Assembly (NCBI GenBank): GCA_030693295.1
Contig: JAUYAT010000057.1
Coordinates: forward strand, 1 to 56,522
Reading direction: 5' to 3'
Source: a bacterium
Lineage (GTDB): Bacteria; Patescibacteriota; Patescibacteriia; Patescibacteriales; VMTK01
DNA length: 56,522 nt
Shown: one piece after another, positions 7,587 to 15,553 of the stretch
Numbering within the stretch: position 1 is the stretch's first letter
Layout: each line of letters begins with the position of its first letter
Translations under genes and position numbers: made by a program
Notes under the pieces: generated by a model
Told to the model about the DNA's origin: nothing
Databases searched by the model: none
Seen by the model: only the letters and a program-made list of their open reading frames with translations

Positions 7587-9020
7587 ATGCGTTTATCCAC
7601 GAAAGTGGCCTACAATACGATAATACAAATTATCAGCAAAATCATTGCCACGATTTTGGGCCTGATAGCCATCGCCGTAATGGCGCGGTATTTGGGCCGG
7701 GAAGGATTTGGCCAATACACAACCATTGTCACATTTTTATCTTTTTTCGGCATTATAGCCGATCTCGGGCTTACTCTCATCACAGTGCAAATGATCAGCC
7801 AGCCGAATGTTGATGAAAATAAAATTTTAAGCAATCTTTTCAGCTTGCGCTTAATTTCAGCCGTTGTTTTTTTGGGGATCGCGCCTCTTACGGTAATCTT
7901 CTTCCCTTACGAGCCGATTATTAAGCTTGGCGTGGCAATCGCCTCGCTTTCTTTCTTTTTTATCGCTCTGAACCAAATTTTAACGGGTTTGTTCCAAAAA
8001 AATTTGCGCATGGACAAGGTTTCCATCGCCGAAGTGGCCGGCAAGATTATTTTAGCGGCGGGAGTAATTTTGGTTTATTATCTTGACCTGGGACTGCTTA
8101 ATATGCTCGTTGCCGCCGTCGCGGCCAGCGCTGTTAATTTTTTATTGCATTATCTGTTTTCCCGCCGGTTCGCCCGCATTAAATTGTGTTTTGATTTCGC
8201 GGTCTGGCGCGAAATCGCGAAAAAATCATGGCCGCTGGCAATAACCATTATTTTCAATCTGATTTATTTAAAAACCGACACCTTGCTTTTGTCGCTGATT
8301 AAGCGGCCGTCTGAAATCGGCATTATCGCCGAAGTCGGAATTTACGGCGCCGCTTATAGAGTTATTGATGTTTTGATTACTATGCCCTTTATGTTCGCCG
8401 GTCTTATCCTGCCGATCTTAACCGCCCGCTGGGCAAAAGGCGAAAAACAGGGCTTTAACAATGTCCTGCAAAAATCATTTGACATGATGGCTATGTTCGC
8501 CATCCCCTTGGTTGTCGGCGCGCAATTTACGGCTAAAGATATTATGGTTTTAGTGGCCGGGCCTGACTTTGAAGCATCCGGCCCGATTCTGCAAGTCTTA
8601 ATCGCGGCGGCCGGCATTATTTTTCTCGGGTGCATGTTCGCCCACGCGATAATAGCGCTTGACAAGCAAAAGAAAATAATCGGCTTTTATATTTTTACCG
8701 CTGTTACGGCGGTTATCGGCTATTTAATCCTTATACCCCGCTACTCCTATTTCGGCGCGGCCTGGGTGACAATCTACAGCGAGATTACTATCGCTTTGGC
8801 TTCTTTCTATTTGGTTTGGAAATACTCCGGATTTCTGCCGAGCTTAAAGCCAACCGCGAAAATTTTAGCCGCTTCGTTGGTTATGGCGGGCGCGCTTTAT
8901 TCAGCTTCCGGCTGGAATCTATTTTTAGCTTTAGCGCTGGCAACGGCGGTGTATTTTATAACGCTTTACTTATTTAAAGGGATAACAAAAGAGGATATAA
9001 CGAGCTTATTGAATAAATAA
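7587..9020 (+). CDS. MOP-superfamily polysaccharide/oligosaccharide flippase (Wzx/MurJ-like)
   Basis: 477 aa with about 14 TM segments. N-terminal pattern A.N...Q.....I...L......R.LG...G.Y is typical of the polysaccharide biosynthesis protein family. Confidence 0.8.
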   Translation: MRLSTKVAYNTIIQIISKIIATILGLIAIAVMARYLGREGFGQYTTIVTFLSFFGIIADLGLTLITVQMISQPNVDENKILSNLFSLRLISAVVFLGIAPLTVIFFPYEPIIKLGVAIASLSFFFIALNQILTGLFQKNLRMDKVSIAEVAGKIILAAGVILVYYLDLGLLNMLVAAVAASAVNFLLHYLFSRRFARIKLCFDFAVWREIAKKSWPLAITIIFNLIYLKTDTLLLSLIKRPSEIGIIAEVGIYGAAYRVIDVLITMPFMFAGLILPILTARWAKGEKQGFNNVLQKSFDMMAMFAIPLVVGAQFTAKDIMVLVAGPDFEASGPILQVLIAAAGIIFLGCMFAHAIIALDKQKKIIGFYIFTAVTAVIGYLILIPRYSYFGAAWVTIYSEITIALASFYLVWKYSGFLPSLKPTAKILAASLVMAGALYSASGWNLFLALALATAVYFITLYLFKGITKEDITSLLNK

Positions 9021-9022
9021 TT

Positions 9023-10192
9023 ATGCCTAAAAACATTCTAATTATCAACTCTTCCGCGGAAAATAATCAGCCCTTGTTTAATCTTTTTGAAGAATTAAAA
9101 CAAAGGGGCCATTTATTATATTTGCTTTCCGCAAGCTCTGATTTATTAAACTATTTTAATGAAAAGCGCTGGCCGGCGGAAAAAACATACTTCGGCCCGA
9201 AATTAAACAGCCGATTTAATCAAATGATATTTTTTGTCTTATTGCCGGTATTGTTTTTGCTATCCGCGGCGATTTTATTGTATTACAAAAAAAGCAAAAA
9301 AATTACAACCGCGATTTGCCTGAACTGGAATGAAAAAATAATCATCGCGCCAATCGCGAAAATTTTAAAAATTAAAACCATTTGGCTTGAACGCCCTGAT
9401 CTTGATTACAAACTCTTGCGCAAACCGCTGTTTCAGTTTTATAAATTATTGTCAAAGCGAGCAACGCTGATAACCTTTACCAATCTCGCTAAAATTCAGC
9501 TGAAAAATTTTGGTTTTAATGAAAATAATATAAAAACCATTTCACCCGGCATTAGATTAAACCAATGGAAATACCAGGATACGATATTTGATAAATTGGC
9601 CCAAACAGACAAACACAGCCGCAAGCGCAAATATTTTGCCATAGGCACCGTTGCCGACTTAAATCCCGAAAACTCGGGACAAAAGATTAAAAATCTGCTT
9701 GAAGTTATTAAAGTTTGCCTGACGATCATCCCCGATTTGCAGTTAATCGTTGTCGGCGGCGGCGCGAAAAGAAAAAATTTAATCTGGCTTGCCAAAAAAA
9801 TGGAAATTGACAATTTAGTCTGGTTTGTTGGAGAACCGGACTCGCCGAGCCAAGGCGAACATGCCCATTTAAAAAAATGGCTTGATAATTTTGATATTTT
9901 TGTCGTTTCCGGCGAAATTCCCGGCTTAACCGCTTTTGAAATATGCCTTAACGCCATGGCTGCCGGCTTGCCGGTTATCGGGCCTGGCGGCCTTGGCTTT
10001 GAAGATATGATTCATAACCGGCAAAACGGAATATTGGTTGAAGCGAACAACAATGAGATGCTGGCGCGGCAAATTATCGCGTTATACAAAAACAAGCGCC
10101 TGCGCCTTGAGCTTGGGGAAAATGCCAGAAAAATGGCCGGCGAACATTTTACTATTGACAAAATGGCGGAGGAATTTGAAAAAATAATATGA
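9023..10192 (+). CDS. glycosyltransferase, GT4/GT-B fold
   Basis: C-terminal half VGGG...L..LA........V.F.GE ... E..G....EA.A.GLPVI.....G..D.I....NG.LV is the GT4 nucleotide-sugar binding pattern. Confidence 0.8.
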   Translation: MPKNILIINSSAENNQPLFNLFEELKQRGHLLYLLSASSDLLNYFNEKRWPAEKTYFGPKLNSRFNQMIFFVLLPVLFLLSAAILLYYKKSKKITTAICLNWNEKIIIAPIAKILKIKTIWLERPDLDYKLLRKPLFQFYKLLSKRATLITFTNLAKIQLKNFGFNENNIKTISPGIRLNQWKYQDTIFDKLAQTDKHSRKRKYFAIGTVADLNPENSGQKIKNLLEVIKVCLTIIPDLQLIVVGGGAKRKNLIWLAKKMEIDNLVWFVGEPDSPSQGEHAHLKKWLDNFDIFVVSGEIPGLTAFEICLNAMAAGLPVIGPGGLGFEDMIHNRQNGILVEANNNEMLARQIIALYKNKRLRLELGENARKMAGEHFTIDKMAEEFEKII

Positions 10193-10908
10193 CTCAACAA
10201 TACCAAACTATCTACGAAGACAATAATTATTTAATAATCAACAAGCCGGCCGGCCTGCTGGTTCATGGCGCCGAGCATATTAACGAACCGGCTTTGTCCG
10301 ACCAATTATTGGAAAAATATCCCAAGCTGGCTAAAATAGGCGAGGACCCGAGCCGGCCCGGGATTATGCACCGCTTGGACAAGCAAGTGTCGGGGCTTAT
10401 GGCAATCGCTAAAACGCAGGAAGCGTTTGACCATTTAAAAAAACAATTTAAAAAAAGAACCGTGGATAAAAAATACATCGCTTTGGTTTACGGCAGAATC
10501 GCCAGGGATGAGGGCGTGATTGATTTCCCGATTGAACGAAGCGTCAGAAGCGGCAGGATGGCGGCCTTGCCCAAAACCGTCAAGGGCGAGCTTGAGCTAA
10601 GAGGCAGGCGGGCGGTTACGGAGTTTGAAGTCAAGCAAAGGTTTATAAATTACACCTTGTTAAAAATAAAAATCAAAACCGGGCGCACCCACCAGATAAG
10701 GGTCCATATGTCGGCTTACGGCCATCCGGTAGTCGGCGACGATCTGTACGGAACAAAAAAAACAAGGGAAAAAAACAAAAAACTAAACTTTGGCAGAATA
10801 TTTTTAGCGGCGAGAGAACTGTCTTTTGACGACTTGGCCGAAAAAAGGCGGCATTTTAAAGCGGGCCTGCCCGAGGAATTAAATATGTTTCTGCAAAAAT
10901 TAAAATAA
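10189..10908 (+). CDS. RluA-family pseudouridine synthase (RluD-like, lacks S4 domain)
   Basis: INKPAGLLVHG, HRLDKQVSGLM (catalytic Asp), KYIALV, GRTHQIRVH. Confidence 0.9.
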   Translation: MTQQYQTIYEDNNYLIINKPAGLLVHGAEHINEPALSDQLLEKYPKLAKIGEDPSRPGIMHRLDKQVSGLMAIAKTQEAFDHLKKQFKKRTVDKKYIALVYGRIARDEGVIDFPIERSVRSGRMAALPKTVKGELELRGRRAVTEFEVKQRFINYTLLKIKIKTGRTHQIRVHMSAYGHPVVGDDLYGTKKTREKNKKLNFGRIFLAARELSFDDLAEKRRHFKAGLPEELNMFLQKLK

Positions 10909-10933
10909 TTATTATAAATTAAGCTTCGCGCGT

Positions 10934-11521
10934 ATGTCTAATATTTTCATTATCTCCGGCCCGTCCGGATCGGGCCAGGACAGTGTTATTGAAGGCCTGC
11001 GAAAAATACTGCCGATTGAGCGGGTAATAACCGCGACAACCAGGCCGATGCGCCCCGGAGAATCGCAAAAAAATCCGTATTATTTTATTGGCAAAACCGA
11101 ATTTAAAAAAGCCATAAAAGAAAATAAATTTTTTGAACACGCTGAGGAATACAACGGCCATTATTACGGAGTTGCGCGCCGGGAAATCAACAGGGCAAAA
11201 CGAAGCAAAAAAATCAACATTTGGAAAATGGAATATAAAGGGGTGATAACCGCTAAAAAATTAATACCCGGCATAACGGCTATTTTGATTTACGCCCCTT
11301 TAAAAAATCTGGAAAAAAGAATCAGGCAAAGAGGGAAAAACGTTTCTGAAAAATTTATCAAGGAAAGAATGGATTATACCAAGCAGTTTCTCAAACATAA
11401 AAATATTTATGATTATAAGGTGATAAACAAAGAAGGCGAATTAAACAAAGCCGTAAACGATGTTGCCAAAATCATAAAAAAGAAGCTGAAATTGCGCCCT
11501 GGCCGGCTTGACAAATCATAA
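10934..11521 (+). CDS. gmk: guanylate kinase
   Basis: ISGPSGSGQDS P-loop, TTRPMRPGE, YYF and EYNGHYYG motifs. Confidence 0.9.
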   Translation: MSNIFIISGPSGSGQDSVIEGLRKILPIERVITATTRPMRPGESQKNPYYFIGKTEFKKAIKENKFFEHAEEYNGHYYGVARREINRAKRSKKINIWKMEYKGVITAKKLIPGITAILIYAPLKNLEKRIRQRGKNVSEKFIKERMDYTKQFLKHKNIYDYKVINKEGELNKAVNDVAKIIKKKLKLRPGRLDKS

Positions 11522-11536
11522 AAATTATTATAATAT
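11508..11536 (+). promoter_or_regulatory. sigma70-like promoter for rplS inside the gmk 3' end
   Basis: TTGACA (11508-11513), 17-nt spacer, TAATAT (11531-11536). Confidence 0.45.
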
Positions 11537-11619
11537 TTTTAGGTAATAAATAACTTTGATTTAATCTAAAAATAGGACTTTAGTGTTCTATTTTTAAATT
11601 TAAATTACCGAATAAAATT

Positions 11620-12000
11620 ATGAGCGAAGAAAAAAAGGCGGAACAAAAGGATAAAAAAACAGCCGATGAGCCGAAACAGCGCATTATTCCCGATATTAAG
11701 CCGGGAATGACCGTCAGGGTGCACCAAAAAATTAAAGAGCTTAACCCCAAAGGAGAAGAAAAGGAAAGAATACAATATTTTGAGGGCATGGTTATAGCCA
11801 AAAAACACGGCAAACAAGCCGGCGGCGCCATCACGGTCAGGAAAGTAAGCGATGGAGTCGGCGTAGAAAAAATTTTTCCTTTAAACCTGCCGACTATTAC
11901 TAAAATTGAGATTAAAAAGCAAGCCAAGGTCTGCCGCGCCAAATTATATTACCTGAAACGCGGCTATAAGAAAAAATTAAAAGAAGTGAAGGCCGCTTAA
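11620..12000 (+). CDS. rplS: 50S ribosomal protein L19 with N-terminal lysine-rich extension
   Basis: IKPGMTVRVH.KIKE...ERIQ.FEG.VIAKKH.....ITVRK...GVGVEKIFPL..P.I..IEI is the L19 signature. Confidence 0.95.
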   Translation: MSEEKKAEQKDKKTADEPKQRIIPDIKPGMTVRVHQKIKELNPKGEEKERIQYFEGMVIAKKHGKQAGGAITVRKVSDGVGVEKIFPLNLPTITKIEIKKQAKVCRAKLYYLKRGYKKKLKEVKAA

Positions 12001-12006
12001 AACTTG

Positions 12007-12090
12007 GGGCATGTGGAGAAATTGGTAAACTCGCCAGCTTGAGGGGCTGGTGCTCGCAAGGGCTTGGAGGTTCGAGTCCTCTCATGCCCA
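12007..12090 (+). tRNA. tRNA-Leu(GAG), class II
   Basis: Acceptor GGGCATG/CATGCCC, anticodon arm CCAGC-TTGAGGG-GCTGG, long variable arm, T-arm GGAGG-TTCGAGT-CCTCT, discriminator A. No encoded CCA. Confidence 0.9.
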
Positions 12091-12097
12091 CGTAAAA

Positions 12098-12282
12098 GGG
12101 CGCGTAGCTCAGCTGGTTAGAGCGCTTCGTTTATTCACCCGCCTAAAATTTTGGGCTCGTAGCTCAGTTGGTTAGAGCGTCTCGTTTACACCGAGAAGGT
12201 CTTCAGTTCGAGTCTGAACGAGCCCACAAAAATTTTGGCGGGCAAGCCGAAGAGGTCCAGGGTTCGATCCCTTGTGCGCCCA
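12098..12282 (+). tRNA. tRNA gene (Ile-like body) interrupted in the anticodon loop; outer member of a nested tRNA pair
   Basis: 5' half 12098-12129 (GGGCGCG, D-arm GCTC-AGCTGGTTA-GAGC, CTTCG). 3' half 12248-12282 (CGAAG, AGGTC, CAGGG-TTCGATC-CCTTG, TGCGCCC, A). All stems pair. 118 nt lie between the anticodon-stem strands. Confidence 0.6.
12153..12226 (+). tRNA. tRNA-Val(UAC), located inside the interrupted tRNA
   Basis: GGGCTCG/CGAGCCC acceptor, GCTC/GAGC D-stem, TCTCG-TTTACAC-CGAGA anticodon arm, TTCAG-TTCGAGT-CTGAA T-arm, discriminator A. Confidence 0.9.
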
Positions 12283-12287
12283 CAAAT

Positions 12288-12320
12288 AAAGACAAGTTCA
12301 ACAAAGCTTGTCTTTATTTT
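12288..12320 (+). terminator. rho-independent terminator after the tRNA cluster
   Basis: AAAGACAAG ... CTTGTCTTT stem followed by ATTTT. Confidence 0.6.
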
Positions 12321-12347
12321 ATGTTGATAATAAGATAAAATATTATT

Positions 12348-12812
12348 ATGGGACATATTACCAACTCGGAAAAAGAAACATTTAATTTCGCCAAAAAATT
12401 CGCTAAACGGCTTAAAGGCGGAAAAATCATCGGCCTTACAGGCGATCTTGGCGCCGGCAAAACCGTTTTTGCCAAAGGGCTGGCGGCCGGCTTGGGCGTT
12501 AAAAAAAATATAACCAGCCCGACTTTCGTATTGATGAAGGTATATCAAACTAAATATCCAAATATCAAATATTTAATCCATATTGACGCTTATCGCCTTA
12601 AAACTCCTCAAGATTTAATCGCCATCGGCGCGGAAGAATATTTTAACCGGCCCGATGCCGTAACAGTTATAGAATGGGCTGATAAAATAAAAAAAATCTT
12701 GCCTAAAAAGACAAAATATATTGGAATAATAAACAAGGATGAAAATAAAAGAATAATTATTTTTTTACCACTTGTCCGCCGACAGACAGGATCAGCCATC
12801 CCAAGCCGATAA
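12348..12812 (+). CDS. tsaE: tRNA t6A37 biosynthesis ATPase TsaE
   Basis: GDLGAGKTVFAKGLA P-loop, SPTF, HIDAYRL, EW motifs. The 3' end overlaps convergent lspA, so the true stop context is uncertain. Confidence 0.85.
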   Translation: MGHITNSEKETFNFAKKFAKRLKGGKIIGLTGDLGAGKTVFAKGLAAGLGVKKNITSPTFVLMKVYQTKYPNIKYLIHIDAYRLKTPQDLIAIGAEEYFNRPDAVTVIEWADKIKKILPKKTKYIGIINKDENKRIIIFLPLVRRQTGSAIPSR

Positions 12813-13203
12813 CTCCTCCGACAATCATAACATCGGCCAAATTAAAAACCGTAAAATATTTTAAATCAAAATAATCAATTACATAGCCGTACCGCAGGCG
12901 GTCAAGCAGATTGCTGATAGCGCCAAAAATAATAAAAAGCAGATAATCGGCTTTTTGATAATCTCTTTTTTTAATAAAATATAATAAATTATAAATTAAA
13001 GCTAACACCAAAAAAATAATAATAACATTCAACCAGAAGCCGGCAAGGGGCAAGGAAAAAGCGATATTAAAATTGCCCACAAAATTTAATTTAAACGAAT
13101 CGCCTATTATTTCCATCGGCTTGCTGAAAAAATCATTAACCGCCAAAAACTTAAAAAAACGATCAAAAATAATAAGGATGACAGTTAAAATATAAGCTGT
13201 CAT
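12757..13203 (-). CDS. lspA: lipoprotein signal peptidase II
   Basis: FGAISNLLDRL and FNLADVMIVGG motifs, four TM segments. ATG at 13203 chosen. Confidence 0.85.
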   Translation of the reverse strand: MTAYILTVILIIFDRFFKFLAVNDFFSKPMEIIGDSFKLNFVGNFNIAFSLPLAGFWLNVIIIFLVLALIYNLLYFIKKRDYQKADYLLFIIFGAISNLLDRLRYGYVIDYFDLKYFTVFNLADVMIVGGVIGLGWLILSVGGQVVKK

Positions 13204-13407
13204 CCTTATTTTATATTTTGAATAGGGACTATTGCCGAATGTGCTTTTGAGCATAAATTTTCATTTTTTGAGGAAATTTTTTAAAATAATTTTTGAGGTT
13301 TATATGAAATATAAGCTGAAAAAATTTTTTGAAAAATTTACCAAAAAATGGGAATTTAGGACAAATCGGGCATTCGGCAACAGTCCCAAATATGTTAAAA
13401 ACATAAA

Positions 13408-13779
13408 TCAAACTGATTTTTGCAATTCGTTTTTGCACTTTACGCAGGCGCTGGAAACAGGCCGCGCCATTAAACGCTCCTCGTCTATTTCTTTGCCGCA
13501 ATATTTGCAAGTGCCGTAAGCGCCTTTCTCTATGCGGTTTAAGGTTTCTTCTATGTCGCGCAATGTTTTTTCTAAAATTTTCTCCGTTACCAAATTAGTG
13601 GAATATTCTCCAACCTCCTGCACATTTTCATCGCTTTTGCTTCCGTAGTCGGGGAATTGAGTTCTGTGCTCGTCTTTCTCATGCTGGTCTTTTTTAGTAA
13701 AAGCCGCCAGATCTTCTTCAATCTGTTTTTTGCTTTTCAATAAATCTTTTCTTATTTTTTCTATTACCTTTTTGTCCAT
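13408..13779 (-). CDS. DksA/TraR-family C4 zinc-finger protein
   Basis: C-terminal CKYCGKEIDEERLMARPVSSACVKC four-cysteine finger preceded by a coiled-coil region. Confidence 0.8.
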   Translation of the reverse strand: MDKKVIEKIRKDLLKSKKQIEEDLAAFTKKDQHEKDEHRTQFPDYGSKSDENVQEVGEYSTNLVTEKILEKTLRDIEETLNRIEKGAYGTCKYCGKEIDEERLMARPVSSACVKCKNELQKSV

Positions 13780-14284
13780 ATTTTTTGAAAATTAAAACCC
13801 CAATTTAATCAGGATATATCATCTTGGCTTCATTGTATAATAAAAAAATTTTTTTTGCAAGCTGTTTCGAGTAAAAAAAGAGGGGCCCAGGAAGGGCCCT
13901 TCTTTATATAAGAAATGAATTTATGACCCAATATACTGAGCCCCATCCCTAAGCAGTTATTTCTTGGCTCATCATTTTATTGATAAGCAAGAAAATCATC
14001 CTCAGGGAAAATTTGGAGCTTTATGTCGAATTTGTTAAAGCTGCTTTTTACCAATCTTTGGTAAACCTCTTATATTATTAATTTAAAGAGTCTACCGTTT
14101 TTTTGTTTTTATTTTTAATAATGATCGTATTCAACTCCGATCAAGCAGATTAGTAAGAAGCGTTATTATTAATATACCATAAAATAAACAATCAATCAAG
14201 CCGAAAAGAAAAATAATTATTATTACAAACAATATACTAACATTAGCTAAATTGTATATTAATATTTTTTTATATACTTTTAAA

Positions 14285-14458
14285 GTCTACAGTTTTGTAG
14301 ACTTTAAATTAATAGTTATCCACATTCTTAACAATTTATCCACAGTTATCCACATACTTTTAGTCTACATTGCTGTGGACTTTAAATAATAATAACTGAA
14401 TATTCTACAAATAACACATTATTTTATTAAAATATTTAAAGTCCAGATTGCTGTAGAC
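14285..14458. repeat. three GTC(T/C)ACA-N4-TGT(A/G)GAC palindromes with TTTAAA flanks
   Basis: 14285-14302 GTCTACAGTTTTGTAGAC, 14363-14380 GTCTACATTGCTGTGGAC, 14441-14458 GTCCAGATTGCTGTAGAC. The same motif recurs at 35277-35358. Confidence 0.65.
14316..14354 (+). promoter_or_regulatory. cluster of three perfect DnaA boxes (TTATCCACA)
   Basis: Exact TTATCCACA at 14316-14324, 14336-14344 and 14346-14354, all in the same orientation. They lie inside the largest non-coding, AT-rich gap of the window (13780-14476). Confidence 0.6.
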
Positions 14459-14476
14459 TAAAAATGTTATATTATG

Positions 14477-14547
<71 letters not shown>

Positions 14548-14599
14548 GATATGTTTTCTACACTCTCAATATAACAAAATTTTAGCTTAATAACAAGCT

Positions 14600-14632
14600 C
14601 TATAAAAAAAACAAAATCCCCGCAGCAGGGGA
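14600..14632 (-). terminator. terminator-like hairpin with U-tract (minus strand)
   Basis: On the minus strand, TCCCC-TGCTGC-GGGGA followed by TTTTGTTTTTTTT. Confidence 0.45.
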
Positions 14633-14657
14633 TAATTGTTGTGAGTTTTGCGTTTTT

Positions 14658-14759
14658 GCGGACGGGATACAGAGCCCTGATGGGCGAAGTAGCCCGTACG
14701 CATCCGCCACGAACATTGCATAACGCGTACGGGCTACTCCCTTGTCGTATCCCGTCCGC
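14658..14759 (-). other. GC-rich 102-nt compound hairpin (candidate structured RNA / 3' UTR element)
   Basis: 13-bp outer stem GCGGACGGGATAC/GTATCCCGTCCGC, side hairpin GCCC-TGAT-GGGC, 13-bp inner stem GTAGCCCGTACGC/GCGTACGGGCTAC, 23-nt apical loop. Strand assignment comes from context only. Confidence 0.35.
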
Positions 14760-14768
14760 GTTATGTGC

Positions 14769-15347
14769 TTATTCCAATACTTCAATTTTGGCTACTTTAA
14801 CGCCGAATTGTTTGGCATCCTCATAATTTATCATCCAAATATCCAAGCGATTTTTATGCCTTGGGTGCATTCTGTCGCGCACAACAAACACCCTGTCGCC
14901 GAATAAATCGGGAATTCTCACTTTGGCGCCGAATGGCAAAAAATTAGCCGCTATAGTGTCTTCTACGCCATTCTTGCAAACATTAAAGCCGTTCGCTGTA
15001 ATGCAGGGGCTGTTATCGGTTTGCCCCGCTTCTGAATTATAAGCGGTAATAGTATAATGGCCGGATAATTTCACTTCCTTGAGATCGTTATTAGCCGGCA
15101 AATGATTTTCTTCTTCTTGGCTGTTGTTTGAAAAAACAGTTTTACTTATTGCGCCAACATCTAATATTTTCATTAAAATTACTTGTTTTTCAATAATATA
15201 ATTATTATTACCCGTGTCGGCTTGAGCAATGGCTGGCAGGGGATAAAGCAAATAATCAAATAATAAAATAAAAATCAGCGCTAAGTCTAAATATTTAGCT
15301 AATTTAAGCGAAATAATATGTTTATATTTTTTTCCTTTTTTTCTCAT
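14769..15347 (-). CDS. 3D-domain (MltA/YocH-like) cell-wall protein with signal anchor
   Basis: C-terminal TITAYNSEAGQTDNSPCITANG.......IAAN.LPFGAKVRIP.....VFVV.DRM..R....LDIWM matches the 3D domain pattern. Confidence 0.8.
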   Translation of the reverse strand: MRKKGKKYKHIISLKLAKYLDLALIFILLFDYLLYPLPAIAQADTGNNNYIIEKQVILMKILDVGAISKTVFSNNSQEEENHLPANNDLKEVKLSGHYTITAYNSEAGQTDNSPCITANGFNVCKNGVEDTIAANFLPFGAKVRIPDLFGDRVFVVRDRMHPRHKNRLDIWMINYEDAKQFGVKVAKIEVLE

Positions 15348-15553
15348 AAATTGTTATTTTTTGGCTAAACTTAAATTAAATCAAAAAACCCTATCAATAA
15401 ATGATAGGATCACTTTAAGAAATCATAGTATCGTAGCAAATTATTCAAAATATGTCAAGCTTGACAGGCGAAGAAAAAAATGATATTGTTTTATATTACT
15501 GTACCTTGCAAATTTTAATAAAAATAAAAAATAAAAAAATAGGGGGGATTATT

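Noticed and set aside
12130-12247. Group I intron or archaeal-type (bulge-helix-bulge) intron in the interrupted tRNA
   Set aside because: The insert is about 111 nt, and 74 of those are a tRNA. That is far too short for a group I core. I could not form two 3-nt bulges separated by a 4-bp helix at either junction: the junction is an 8x5 internal loop.
12186-12548. 120-aa minus-strand ORF
   Set aside because: It runs antisense through tRNA-Val, the 3' tRNA half and the tsaE start. It has no RBS and no recognisable motif.
12757-12812. 56-nt convergent overlap of tsaE and lspA as a regulatory feature
   Set aside because: It is more likely that the tsaE reading frame simply runs on past its functional end into the lspA 3' region. 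The conserved TsaE core ends well before the overlap.
14658-14759. SRP RNA, 6S RNA, retron msr/msd or a riboswitch
   Set aside because: It lacks the SRP domain IV motifs (GGAA tetraloop with AGCA/GGAA symmetric loop). It is too short for 6S. There is no adjacent reverse transcriptase and no downstream gene on either strand for a riboswitch. It was kept only as an unclassified structured element.
14600-14826. Overlapping 61-aa ORFs on both strands
   Set aside because: Both are the arms of the long GC-rich hairpin read as protein. They are symmetrical, with no RBS.
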